Below are positions 42,628-57,015 of a DNA stretch of 64,000 nucleotides, piece by piece. The notes under the pieces were generated by a model, which was given only the letters and a program-made list of their open reading frames with translations, was not told where the DNA came from and did not search any database. The position numbers and the translations under genes were made by a program. The DNA is from Eledone cirrhosa. Its lineage: Eukaryota. Each line of letters starts with the position of its first letter. Position 1 is the first letter of the stretch. The DNA lies in contig OZ024740.1 of assembly GCA_964016885.1 (NCBI GenBank), positions 222,890,001-222,954,000 of the forward strand, in the 5' to 3' direction.

Positions 42628-42759
42628 TCATTTTACGATCGTTTCTAGGATATATATGTTTGTGTTGGTATGTATATCATATAGATCTATGTAAAATTTT
42701 TACAAACTATCAGAGGGAATATACATACCTACACATATATATGCTGTCATCAGAAATAA
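42628..42759 (-). ncRNA. Type I hammerhead ribozyme with ~100 nt stem II
   Basis: ttattt-CTGATGA-[long hairpin atatatatgt/acatatatat, ggtatgtatat/atatacatacc]-GAAA-cgatcg-TA-aaatga. Stem III is the palindrome CGATCG. Confidence 0.75.
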
Positions 42760-43512
42760 TGATATTTGTTTATTGAAAAAAACCAACAAAGATTTAATAT
42801 AATAGGTCTGTTTGGGAACAGGTTTTGAATTGACCAATGGAAAGGTAGTAAGTGGTCAAGATGGTAGAATAGTAGTAATAGAACTATAATTTAGGGGTAG
42901 AGGAAAGCAGATTTCAGTTTTGAATGGAAAGAGTATGATGAATGAAAAGATTATTTTAGGGATGAAAATAGGTCAAGTCGGTAAAAGGTACACGAAACAT
43001 TGATGTTATAAAAGAATAATGCTAATGTAAATATCTAAGGAGAATAAAATTTAACGTTAAACGTGTTAGTGAAAAATATCAATCTTATTTAAAATATAGG
43101 AAATTTACATCTTATTTGTCTTAAAAGACTTATTTTTCAGTGACTTCTCAATCAGCCGAGACAAACCTACATTTGGCGCAAAATTAATTTTTAACATTCA
43201 CATGACCAATCAAAATTGTTTTGACCACAAGAATTTTTGCAACACGAATTGGCGCGAAACTTATTTTAATACATCTGGAGCCACTTTTTTCACATAAAAC
43301 AGGTAGAATTTCCAAAACTAATCCGATTTGAACAAACATCACGGGCGTTCTATCTCAAAATTATTTTTGAAAAGCATTAGAAATGCGCAACCGGTAAAAA
43401 CTTAAAACCAAAACTGAATAATAACCAATACTTATTACTAATTTTTACTTATTCCTAATTAAACTATTTTTCACTGGGAACAATTTGTCAACAGTTTCTT
43501 TTTCTTTTACGA

Positions 43513-43631
<119 letters not shown>

Positions 43632-43874
43632 AATATATATATATAATATATATATATATAATATATACATATATATATATATAAATATATATATAAATAT
43701 ATATATGTAAATATATATATATATATATATATACATATAAATATATATATAAATATATATATGTAAATATATATATATATATATGTAAATATATGTATAT
43801 ATACATATATATATATATCCATATATATATATATATATATATGAATATATAGATAAATATAAATATATATATGC

Positions 43875-43917
<43 letters not shown>

Positions 43918-43939
43918 TATATATATATAAATATATATC

Positions 43940-46900
43940 TATATCCAAAATCTAAATCAAAATTATGTCTGTCATGCCAGAAAGGCATGCACCATATCAC
44001 CCGTAAAGTAAGCTTCAAGATTCTAATGAATAGATCCGAGCATTTTATAACAACTAGAAATTGATTAACATATAAATAAACTTATGAAACAATCACAGGG
44101 GATAATGTTTACAAGTGTGTAAGCAAACCTAGCTAGGTAGGTAACTAAATAAACTTAACTAGAACTTTTAAAAATAGATACCTTATAATATGATTAATCT
44201 TCCCTGTATATATTCCATTAAAGAAATATATTTCACCAATTAATCGAATGGTAAACGATGGAAGCCTGTAATTGGATTTTCAACAAGGAAGAAGTCCAGC
44301 GATCTGTGTTTACGCATTAAGTTCAAATCAGCAACTGACCACTAACACGTGCTGTATCTACTAAAAATACACACATCGTACCAGCTTCGTCCCAGTAGCG
44401 TGAATAGGGTTATCGACAAGTAGAAACAGCAGTCAAGTCCTTTCAACAGAGTTAGCTCTACACATACATTTAAAAACAAGATTAAAATACATGCGACAGA
44501 TAATGCAAGAGAATAGTCTAATAATCATATCAAATAGATAGTATATGCGATAGTCATATATGGAGCTAGCAAATGTGTCATTTATATATGAGTATTGTGT
44601 GGCAAGATATTACATGTAATACAAGCACTTTAAGCGGGTATGCAAGAGTATTATGGTGGTTGCAGTGCGAGGATATTTTCTGTATAGATCAATTAGTATG
44701 TGTGCAGAAAAAGAAGGTTATAGTTTTCACATCCAGAAAAAGGAAGTTATAGTTTTCACATCCATCACATATGTTACGATGTATTTGTATTGAATGTTTG
44801 TTGTAGTAAAGGAGTGTAACGTATTGAAACTCAGTATTATTTAATCCATATATATTGACTAGGTTCTTTCGGCTGCGGGGATTTACAGCGGTTTAATATC
44901 CGGATGTAGGTATGTAATTAAGGGGAGCTAATGCGTAAGGGGAGATAACTAGCTGATTCTCATAACTAAATTCATTGCTCTAACATACATTATATGGTGC
45001 CTCAATTGAGTCCCTTATATAAAAGGTTATATATTTATATTTAATTTTAAATACAGTCTACTCTCTCATAATGTATTAAAGGTTTAAATAGGAAGTTGTT
45101 TACTCATTATTATATAGTGCTATAATTGAATTTCCCACCCAGAGTGCTATATCTTTATATCAAATTAACCTTAAATACGGTCTACTCTCAAAACATATTA
45201 AAGGTTCAATTAGATTTTTGTCTACCCAACCCTTGGTAAGCTATGGAACAGCGTACAGCTGTTTGCATGATAAATTAGACACATCTCTTGAATAAACAAA
45301 TTCATCCCCCATATACAATGTTATTAATCTATCCATTTTGTTATAAATGCATATATAATTCATATATAATTCATTGTTCCATATTACATATAAGTTAGAC
45401 AAATCCCTTATGTTAATAAATTAATCCTCTATATACCCAATGTTATTAATTTATACATTAATTACAAATGCATATATAATTCATTGTTGTATCTAATATT
45501 TAAAGTTTATATAAATTGTATTATATTTCAATCACTATATAATTATAAGTAAACTAAAGTAATTATATTAAAAGGTGGTGATTATAAGGATATTTCTAGG
45601 GTATAAAGTTATAGATAGAATGATTTGTGTAGAGGAAAGGGTATATAAGAGAGTGTGGTGTAGAGGTGGGAGGCAAGACCTTGAGGTGAAGTGCTAAAAG
45701 TGGTGATGGTTCAAATCTGACATTGTTATATACTAGGTTTAAACCTTTGGAAAGAGTGTCGGTCGGAAGCGGTGTTGGCACGATGCAAACACTTACCATT
45801 TTTTATTAAGGAGGTTAAGATTCGAAAAGAGTATAGTATGGGTCTCTAGTAGACAGAGGTTACAGAATTTATTAGGTGGTTTATACGATGCAGCCCTACT
45901 TACCACTTCCCATTGAAGTGTATATGTTCTATTCCTAGTTTTCAGATAGTGTATGTAGCTAGATAGTGAAGTGGAGTTGGCTAGATTGTGTATTTTGAAA
46001 GAATCGAGGTGCGAGTTGTATCTCGTTTTGAAGCAGTTCGAAGTAGAACCTATATAGGTTTCAGAAGAGTTGTTAGTACTGACCGTGCATGAGTAAATGA
46101 TGTCCTTGATTAAGCAGTTTTTACCTAAAGGGCAGGTTCTATTAGATCTACAGTTACATTTATCTTGGATGTTATCTTGTCGGTTATTATGTTGTGTAGA
46201 AGTCTGGTTGCTAGGTATTGCATTAGGGCTATGAAGGTTGTCGTTCCTAATGTTATTGATTTCATTAGCGTTATTACTATTGTTATCAGGGTTTGCAGTT
46301 ATTATGGTGTTTTGAAAGTTTACCCCCTGCTGTGTTTTAGTTTGTTGAAAGTAAGTATTAATATTTCTTGTATTGCTACTAGCTATGTGGCATGCTATGT
46401 TAGGTGTGGTAGAGTAGGAGATGTTAATGGTATTCTTATTTATAAGACTATGGTACTTGTGGCCTGATGGGAAGTTTTTATCCAGGATTGAGAAGAAAGC
46501 CTTAAGAAGGTTGGTAGAGACGTTTAGATTGAAAGGGGGATTGAAAAATGTATTAGTTCTTCTATTTTTGTTTTTTATATCTATTGAGGTATTTCCGTTT
46601 ATAGTATTTTGGTGACTTCTCTGGTGCGAGTTACGTTTGATGCTACTCTTCGTATTAGTGTGAGTGTGGTTATTATTCTTATTACTATTTTTCCTCATGG
46701 TCATATTGTGATAAATAATGTTGTAACTATGTGTTTTTATAAGTAGGAACTCAATCCCATTATTATGGCCTGATTTAGCTAATGCCTGATTATAGTATTG
46801 TGAATTATTGCTAAATATGGTTTCGTTATAAGATAGATTAGAGATTCTATTGGATATTCCTTTAGTGATTGAGTTTAATATGGATCTAGGGTGGTTAGAC

Positions 46901-47280
46901 TTGGTATCTAAATAAATTAGTTTTTCGTTAGGTTTATGAAATTGTGTATATATTTTAGAGTCTAGGTAAATGGTAGCATCAAGGAAGTTAACATTCTTAG
47001 TGTTTTTGTCTATGGTGATACTTAAGTTATACTTTTTGAAAGTTTTATGTAATAGTTTCCTAGTTATTTCTATATTAAATTTTTTTATAGTCTATAAGGA
47101 GTAGTGCATCATCGCGGTATAAACCACCGTTGAGGTATGGTAGGTCCTTATGGATTTCATTTAGTAGATATATGCCCACCAAATCAGTGACCTGCGCCGA
47201 GTCACTAGATCCCATAGTTATGTCAAAGTTGTTATGCGTATCCTTGCGGGTCCATAACAGATCTTCAAAGGCAATAAAGT
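43940..47280 (-). mobile_element. 5'-truncated Penelope-like element (RT + C-terminal GIY-YIG + long 3' region)
   Basis: FDITMGS..GLYRDDAL, VNFLD, SNHP, FNPPF, CNCR..CPLGKNC, YIGST..FKTRYNSH and CNLCLLE. Has a frameshift near 47085 and a premature stop at 45793. The 3' end abuts (TA)n. Confidence 0.92.
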
Positions 47281-47327
47281 TATTGGGATAAAAAGAATTG
47301 AGTGGAGAAAGAGAGACATGTAAACAA

Positions 47328-47960
47328 GTCCTGGCTTCTTACTCTATATTTTAATTCATATGTATCACATCCGCAACAACGCAGCACGCCATTTTTCATA
47401 CCTATATTTTTTCCCTTCGCTGTGACCTGTCCCTTTCTCTTCCCTTACTGCTATCCTCTTTCTCTGTCCCCCTTCTCTCTCCTTTTACCTCTTACTTTCA
47501 TTCACCCCCTCTGCTAGTCACCCTCTCTCGGCTAGCCTCTTCCTCACACTTTCAGTCACTCTCTCTCTGATACTCACCCCCTCTCACTCCCACCCATCGG
47601 ACCTGTGTGAAATTCTTTTCTCGCTCACATTTCGCATGGCTTGGATGCGTCTTTCGTCTTCTCGTCAATGATTCGCCAGATCTTATGTTCACTTGTATCA
47701 CTGACTTGATTTTTCACCCTTTACATGGCCTTACCCTTTTGTTTATTTACATTTCTCTCTTTCTCCACCCAATTCTTTTCATCCCAATAACTTCTTTTAG
47801 TTATTGCTCGCGCTGGCCTGAGGTATATGATCTGTAATGCGAAGAAATACCTATGATGTCCAGAAGATCACTTATGACGGATAGTCCTGGCTTCTTACAC
47901 TATTTTTTTAATTTCATATGTATCACATCCGCAACAACGCAGCACACCATCTTTCATCCC

Positions 47961-47962
<2 letters not shown>
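47328..47962. mobile_element. ~556 bp unit with ~77 bp terminal direct repeat (pLTR/retrozyme-like, no intact HHR seen)
   Basis: 47328-47404 is repeated at 47884-47962 and abuts (TA)n. Confidence 0.6.
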
Positions 47963-48008
<46 letters not shown>

Positions 48009-48019
48009 TATATATCTCG

Positions 48020-48142
<123 letters not shown>

Positions 48143-51100
48143 TATTTGTTAGCATAGGGATGTATATATGTGATAATATTTATGCATTCTTAGGATATTG
48201 TAATTACAATTTAGTTTTAAGAACTGATTCCTTAATATGCTTCATGAAATAACATATGATTTTTACTGAAGCTAGAGTTGTATGCTAATTGAATATAGTT
48301 TGCTGAACATAAAGCAGTGAATTGGCAAATGTTTAAGAGTGGCAGAGAAATTGTTTTGAGTTATTTATTCCAGTTCTCTGAGATTGTAGAGAAAATGGAA
48401 ATCATAGTGGTTAGAATGCTATGTGTTTCTAAGTATGATTCCCTGGTGGAGTAGTGTATTATCTCCTTTAGTAAGACAATTTATTTCGTGTTGGCCAGTG
48501 CATTTGTCTGGAAATAAAAATAGGTGTGACATCAATAGTGCCAAACTGTGTTGGTCTTTGTCTTTCTTTTTGACAACATTAGTTGCATGGAGATGGGAGG
48601 CTGGTATGAGTGGGCAACTGCTGATCCTCCACAAAAACACCTTGCATAGGCCTGTGCCTCAGGGAAGAAGGTTTTAGGTGCCAACTCATTGTCAGCTACG
48701 ATCAAAGGAGGGCTCCTCTTGGAGATCATACATCACAATTCTATAGTAGTGAATTGATGAAGATGAGATAGTACTGGACGAGATACCTTATGGTATATGT
48801 TCCAGCATTTTGTAATCTCTGTTCAAATCCTGCCAGGAACAACCAGCCACTATGGAAAAGGTTGGAGTTCTTCTGCCATATGTGGATCTGTAGTTAACCA
48901 TGAATAACATTAGAGTGATTCATGGTGTTCAACCTTTTGAAAACAGATGATACTTGATGTTGGCATGGATGGTGGTGGTGATGTAGTGGTGTTGTGACAG
49001 CAGTGATAACGATTATGGTGGTGGTGGTGCCGATAGTATTGGTAATGCTTCCTGTGGTAATAACTAAATTCTGATAGTCATACATTTGTAAATTGTTTTA
49101 AGCAACTTACAAGCACTTTGTGAAAATCTCCTCTACTTCATGCTTCAAATGTACGTGGTTAAAACAATATTAAATATTCACAACAGAAACAGTAGTTGTT
49201 ATGCAGTTTAGTTAGCTATAGTAAAGTAAACATTTCTTTAGGCTTAGACCCATGATGATTGAGCAAACATGATCAAAAGCTCTCCAGCAGAGATCATCAT
49301 CTCTTTTAGGAGCATATAGGACTAATCTATGATGGTGCAGACTAATATATGGTACCTTATGAAGAGCTTTCCAATCATTCAACACAAGTGATCCACTTTT
49401 TAAAAATATTTTTCATGGCACATTAAGTTTTGTTAGCGACATCAAATATATTGTACATATTGTATATGAAATGAAAGAATCCAATGGGATGTTACAAATG
49501 CCACAATAGGATGCATACAGTAAACTATGTAAAGTGCTTGGTATTAGGGCAGGCATTCAGTCATAGAACTCATGTCAAAGTATGGGATGTATAAAGCAAG
49601 ACAGGTGCACCCAAAATATCTAGGAAGACAGTAAATCTTATCAAATACTAGCTCCATCCCATCCATGCCTGCATGTAAAATAGACGTAAAATGATGGTAC
49701 ATAAGTTTGTATACATATTTGCCACATATATTTTACAGCTAAATATTCATAAAGATTTATCGAATTTGACTTAATTTCTCAAAAGACCTAGCAATTATCA
49801 GCAACATATTAAAGTGTTACATCATGCAATTTAGAAACCTTTGATCTAATGATTTTTTCCATTGGTAGGGTGTGATTTCTTGAAGACAGCTGCTATTTCA
49901 AGTTGGCTGAGATACTATGGAGAGGCTCCTTTCTTATCTTGCATGAAGCAAGTGTCAGATGAAAAGCCTTGCAGTATTTGTTCTAGCTCTTTGTATTCTG
50001 AATTCAATCCCACCATGCCCCTACCAGCCAGCTTACAAGAGAATATCATCCTATAATGTCCATATCAATAGTTAACCATGGATAGCATTAACTATTTCGA
50101 TACCAAACTGCTTGATGCTACCACTGCCACTGGCTCTATGATTCCAAATAGTTTGTTTTAAAGTATTTATATCTATCTAAAATATCTACCATTCTGATAA
50201 ATTCATGCAAGAACCTTTGCTTGTTTTAAGCTCCAAATACTAGCTTAAAAATGGAAAAATTACACATTTTATTACATCTCTTCAGATTCTTCATTATTTC
50301 CTAAATTATTTGAAGCTCATAGTGTGTTTCATTAAAGAATATGGTAACAAATGTGATGCATGGTATTCAATCCATTGAGAGCAGATGATACCTAATAATG
50401 TGACTTGATTAAGACTACACATTAGTGTTTTTTAACAATACTTTTGAAGTACACTTGAATTCATAACAGTTGGTTAGTGATTAAATCTCAACATATCTGC
50501 ACCATTGCATTTTAAAACAATTTTATTTAACTTTTGTCTCCAACATCATCATCCATTCTCTATTTCTTTTTACTTTAATTTACACAAACTCTTCAGTGAT
50601 GTCAATCAACTTTAGACTATTATAATATAATTTTTAACATAGTGTACCAATATTGCAATTTACTTCCCCTCAATGGTTTTATTAAAAATGATATGAATTT
50701 ATTATTTTTTTCCAGTCTCACTCTTCAACTGACAATCACACATATTTTTTTCGATGGATTAAATCCTTTTAGAATTATTATTTTTTTCTGTTTTTTTTTG
50801 GTTTTTCCTACAAAAATAATCTTTCAGAAAATGAAAAATGATCTCATTAAAAACAACACATAAAAAATATAATTTCCAAACTACTTTGAAATTTGGGCAG
50901 CCAATGAAATCAGACGAATTCCATTGCTTGTGTTGATAATTAAAATATGAAATCAAAGATCTCAACTAACAAAAAAAATAAAAAAAGGACTGTTTTTTCA
51001 AAAAGAGTTAACCCATTTTAATATATTTCAGTGTTAAAACAGACTTCACAGAAGACAAATGCTATTAGAATTAGCTGATAATTATTGAATTCAAAATGGA

Positions 51101-52091
51101 AACTTTTTCCTACTATTAATGTATGTTACAGAATTTTATTAATTGATTTCCTTCGGCAATTCCTTCAATAACATTTTTTATCAATTTTCAAACAAATGTG
51201 TTTGGAGACATCTCATGAAATTTCATTACCATTTCATGTCTGTTTTCCATACTAGCATAGGTTGGATATGTTGTCACGGCCCAAGACAAATCTAATCCAA
51301 GACAAGCTAATAAAATCTTCCTTGGACGTTCCATATCTTGTCATGGTTGCTATAACTGGCTGCCTTTCTTAATGTCAACCACTTTACAAAGGTAGAGTCT
51401 AATGGGTGCATTTTATTATGGCATCCTTACTAGAGGGGCTCTTAATTCCTCATCTGAACAAAAGGTCCTCTCTACACTAAGTTGTGTTGTTTCAATGTCA
51501 ACCACATTCCAACAGTTACAGAGTATATTCAATCACAATACTGAAACAAGAGTGCTTGGCCCATCAACTAAAGGCTATATGGAGCCTCTCTGCTTTATGT
51601 TATTTCCTACTTACTTTTAGCATTTACTTGTTATTTATAATCATCGCTATTTTATGTTTACTTACCATGCTGGTATGGGTTTGGATTGGTTGTCACAGTC
51701 AACAGCCAAATGGCTTACTCATAGGTTTCATCTTTGGCATGGTTTCTACAGCTAGATATTTATTCTAACATTAAGTACCTTACAGGGCGAACTTGGAGTA
51801 TTTTGTCATGGCACCAGCACTAGAGAGGTTGCTATGTGCTTATCCAGATTGAAAGGTCATCTCACACCTTATATTGCCTCTGATTGATTGTAAACAGAGT
51901 AGTGCCAGGTCTCTCAGCACATATACTTTTAGTATCACAGGGCTTGTGCAGGTGCTTTATTTATCATATCATATCACCAATCAGCTCAGTTCTGTGTCAT
52001 CTCTTTTGTGGAGATCTGTTTCTTACATGTGTTGATACATATATAGGTATTCACACACACATATACAAACACACACACACACATTCACACA

Positions 52092-52191
<100 letters not shown>

Positions 52192-53508
52192 AACTCACAC
52201 ACTCATATTCAATCAAATATGCATGAAGAAATTTCATGAACAATGCAAATGTGTTTTTATGGTGACATTCTATTTGCCAATTTTTATGTTTGTGAAAGGT
52301 GGTCAATTGTCAGAATCTTTAGAGAATAAGATACATGGTTTACAGTATTTCTTCTGGCTTTTGACATATTAAATATAACTCTTACTAGATTAAATGTTAT
52401 ATTTCATCTTACTGTGGTTGATAATATGAAGTACTAATCTTGATTTAATTGACATATATATATAGGAATAGATCAACAAGATCCCAGGCCTCATTCCTTT
52501 ACCTAGTGGGCTAGAGCTCATCAAGTTGAACCAATGAAACCATGTTTCCATTGGTCTTTCCATTGCTGACAATATTTACCAGTTGCAAATGTGAAACAAA
52601 GTGTTTTGCTCAAGGCAAAATCCTGTGTGTTTTCATAGGGATGTAATATTACTTATTATTAAGTTTCTGTTAATTCTTTTCGCTATGTATTCACACACAC
52701 ACTCTCAGATACACAGCAATGTGTATGATTATGATGATGTGTGTATTTGTCTAGGTCCATAGATCCTTTAATGCCTATAAAATAAAAACACTAAACATAC
52801 ACATATATTACACTGTATATTTATGTGTGTGTGTGCGTGTGTGTATGTGTGTGTATGTGTGTGTGTGTATGTGTGTGTGGTTGATGTTAGGAAGGGCATC
52901 CAGCTGTAAAAGCCGTGGCCAAATTTACAGTCCTATTGGAGCAAGGTATAGTGTGGCCAATTCTGACCAGACTTGTCTCTCAATGTGTACAACCTGTCTC
53001 TACACATGCAAGCAAGGAAAATGGACATTAAACAATGAGGATGATGATGGTGATGATGTTATATATAGGCTATAGTGGAATATATATATATATTTATAAA
53101 GTGTTAAAATGATCAAATTTTAGTTTAGTACATTTATTAGCTGACAATTGTTTCTTCCAGAGGGAAGTCCGGATTACATCGGGGCATAAGGAATGATGAA
53201 AACGTGTAACTAGAATCCTAGTTATTTAGAACATTTAGGCTACATAGTTGTTATTAGTGTCAAAGGCATCATGTGGAGATTCAGGAGTTAAAAAGATGTT
53301 CCGCTTGAAATAACACAATTACAGGCAGCACTGGTTGGAAGTGTAATAGGTATAAGTAAAAGTAAAAAGCACAAGCAAAAGAAAGAAAAGCAAAAAAACA
53401 CAGGGAAAGAAGTTATAAGCATGGACAATAGGTGTACAATGCAGGAGTCAATACAGTCAATAATGCATGTGTGAGGAAAGAGTTATAATGCAGTTGAAAT
53501 AAACAGTA

Positions 53509-53540
<32 letters not shown>

Positions 53541-53542
<2 letters not shown>

Positions 53543-55841
53543 GGGCACAAGAATGGGCCCGAACTATGCCAACCTTTTTGTTGGCCATGTTGAGGCCCAA
53601 ATCTTTGCCCAGTACACCGGCCCCACGCCCGAACTGTACGGTCGTTACATTGACGACTGTATCGGAGCCACGACCATCACCCGAGAACAGCTCGACTCCT
53701 TTCTCTCCTTCTTCTGCTCCTTCCACCCCTCCCTCCACTTCACCACCTCTATCTCCACCAACCACGTCCACTTCTTAGACATCTCCGTCGCCTTCGAGCC
53801 CTCCCACCACTCCCTCGTCACCTCCGCCTTCTTCAAACCCACCGACTCCCACCCTTACCTCGACTTCACCTCTTCCCACCCTACCCACACTAAACTCTCC
53901 ATTCCCTACTCCCAACTTCTCAGGATCCGCCGCCTCTGTAGCCGTGATGCTGACTTCGAGTCCCAGGCCCTTTCCCTAGTCAGCCATTTCATTCGCAGAG
54001 GTTACCCCCCTCTCTCGTCTACACCGCTCTCACCCGCGCCCGTGCTATCCCCCGCTCCACCACCCTCACCCCACGCCACCGCACACCCACCCACCGTCTC
54101 CCCTTCCCCATCACCTACCACCCCTCCACCTCCCACATCTTCCCAACCCCACCACTCCCCTCCTTCAAACGCGCACGCAATCTCCGCACCCTCCTCGTCC
54201 ACAGCTCCCTACCCCCAACCCACGCGCTGTTCCCCCCCGGTTTCTTTCCCTGTTCTAGGCCCCGCTGCAACACCTGTCCCCACATCACCAACACCACCAC
54301 CTTCCAGGGTCCCAACGGCCACTCTCTCTCGGTCCGGCATGCCTTCCGCTGCACCTCCTCCAACCTAGTCTACGGACTTCGCTGCACGGAGTGCAGCCCG
54401 ACGTATGTCGGACAGACGGGACGTCGCCTGGCGGACCGAGTCACGGAGCACCTCCGGGATATTCGTCTCGGGGGCAGTTCCCCCATCGCCCGCCACTTTG
54501 GTGGCCCTGGACACTCCGCACGCCATCTCACAGTCTGTGGCCTACTCCAGTGCCACGGAACACCCGCCCATCGCCTTACGGTCGAACAACGAACTATCTT
54601 CATCTTACAGACCCACACTCCCCTCGGCCTGAACGCCCCACCCTTATTCCTTTAGCGTTCGACCGCCCCCCTCCCCCCACACTTATCCCCCACTAACACC
54701 ACTAACACACCCCTCCTTTTCACCGCCCACCCCACACTAACAATACTAACACCTCCACTCCACCCCCTCATCTGACCACCTTTCCCCAACTAACATACTA
54801 ACATCCCTTCCCTCCCCTCTTCTCCTCCTCCCCCCTCCTTATCACACGCACACACCCACCGGCACATATATACACGCGCTCACACTAAACACACACCCTA
54901 CTACCACCACTAACCCTCACCCCCACACCTCTCACCCCCACACCTCCATCCCACCACCCCGCAACTAACCTCACTAACACCCCCTAACCCCAAGCACACG
55001 AACACACGCACCCACTTACACCACCCACCCCACACGCAACTAACATAACTAACACCCCCAACCACACGCACACGTACCCACACACCCTCGTACACCACCA
55101 ACTCTACACACCCTACCACCACTACCCCCACTCACAGCTGCATTCAACCCCTCCCCCCTCCCGTATACTTACACCCACTAACACCTCTTCATCAAAATAC
55201 ACACACACCAGTACACCACACTCCCTCCATAGAACCACACACACCCTTCTCTCCCCACTCCGCCCACACCCTCGCTCCACACTCACTCATCCCACTAACA
55301 CCCCTACTAATACACACACACACACAGACACCCTCCTCACTCCAACTTTCACACCTACCCATCCTCGCCCCCTACCATTCCACTGACTGCTGCTGTGCCC
55401 TCTGGCCACCTCGCAGCACCAACAGACCACAGCACTCCCACTGCTGACCACTTCCTGTTGCACGCGCACCCCACATCTCTCCTCTTCCGACCACCACTTC
55501 ATGGATTACCCACACGCAGAATTTGACTTACAAACAATCTACTGAACATCCTTGGAACTTACCAACTTTTCAACCATCCTCTATATCGTAATCACCTATA
55601 TAACTCAACCGCACACACACCCCAAAAAAAAAATGTTTTCTCCACACGCCACCCACACCCACAACACGCTTAAACCCCACACACACGTGCTTCCCACCAC
55701 ATATTTACACCCTCAGCCTCCTGATTCCTCTCCCCCCACCCCCTATCCACACACGCACAGACACTCCGACCCACAAAAACACCCCCCACACACACCCCTT
55801 CCTGAACATGCAACCCCGTTTTTCTCCCAACCCTTACTTTG

Positions 55842-55889
<48 letters not shown>

Positions 55890-56311
55890 CTACACACATA
55901 CACCACTTTCAGCCCTCCCCGCTCGGACACCTCGTCTCCCTCTCCCCACTCCACCCGCCACCACCCCTACTCACCCCACACCCTTCCACCACCTGTCTAC
56001 CCCCCTTTTAATTTCAGTTTATTTTGATCATGCCTTTATTTTTAAATTTTCTCATTCCTTGTATTTTGATCATGCTTTATTTTTATTTTTTATCTTTATT
56101 TGTTTTTTTTCATTCGCACCGTTTCCTTTCGCTATATGTCTCTCCACCACTCCCCTACACACCTGTTGAACTCTCTTCCCACACACTTCTCACCCGAGGA
56201 AGGGCTTATGCCCGAAACGTCGTCCCCCACCTACCCCCCACTCTCCTGAGCGTGAAATTAATAAACATTTATTGTACTGCCTCTCTGTTTTGTCCCTGTT
56301 CAAATTTTTCC

Positions 56312-56314
<3 letters not shown>
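53541..56314 (+). mobile_element. 5'-truncated Neptune-like Penelope element (RT, Cys linker, GIY-YIG, C-rich 3' region, HHR)
   Basis: MGTRMGPNYANLF, RYIDD, HFLD, CSRPRCNTC and VYGLRC..YVGQTGRRLADRVTEH. Frameshifted near 54010, and both ends join (TA)n directly. Confidence 0.92.
56191..56224 (+). ncRNA. Minimal hammerhead ribozyme variant in PLE 3' end
   Basis: ac-CCGAGGA-a-gggc ttat gccc-GAAA-cg-TC-gt, with U4>C in the core. Confidence 0.65.
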
Positions 56315-56367
<53 letters not shown>

Positions 56368-56368
56368 T

Positions 56369-56713
56369 GGAGGCACATGGCTTAGTGGTAGAGCATTGGC
56401 CTTGCAATCAAAAGCTTGTGAGTTCAATTCCCAGACCGGGTGATGTGTAGTTTCCTTGAGCAAGACACATTATTTCACATTGCTCCAGTTTACTCAGCTG
56501 TAGAAATGAGATAATAAGGACTGGGGTCCCTATCATTCCACTGCAAAGTGGTCGTGGAGGTGCCACGGCAAATAAGCACCCAGCACTCACTGTAAATGAG
56601 GTTGGTGTTAGGAAGGGCATTCATCTGTAGAAATCAAGCAAGAATCAGTTCCCGTCCCACCCTTGCAAGCAGGGAAAAGGGGACGTAAAATGAAATGATG
56701 ATGATGATGATGA
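56369..56713 (+). mobile_element. SINE family 1 whose (GAT)n tail is the Gypsy target site
   Basis: A/B boxes and family 1 body; the tail continues as gatgat after the 3' LTR. Confidence 0.88.
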
Positions 56714-56965
56714 TGTGGGTATGGTGTGGCGTGCGGTGGCCGGAGGTGGGGGGAGTGCTCGACCGGAAGGGGTCTTTGGCCGGAAGGATGCTCGACCGGA
56801 AGGGCCAGGAGAGGGCCTCTCTCTAGTGGTGACCAGCACACGGTGTGAACTCGAGTTTTGGGCAGCTCCCGGTGTTAAGCAGTCGGACGCACGTGGAAGA
56901 GGAGTACCTGCAGTGGAATTTAGCGGCGCCTGTGAAAAGCGGTAAGTAAGCTTTTTCTAACCACA
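56714..56965 (+). repeat. 5' LTR
   Basis: tgtgggtatgg...ctaaccaca, highly similar to 60601-60848. Confidence 0.93.
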
Positions 56966-57015
56966 AGCTATAAAAAAAAAAAAAAGAAAACACTAGCCGC
57001 AAAACAAATCAGAAG

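Noticed and set aside
44370-44910. Candidate HHRs in the 3' region of the 43940-47280 PLE
   Set aside because: The cores have several mismatches and are not distinguishable from chance by eye.
45793-45795. Possible selenocysteine recoding in a PLE ORF, as reported for Naiad elements
   Set aside because: The in-frame stop is TAA, not TGA, and the endonuclease is C-terminal.
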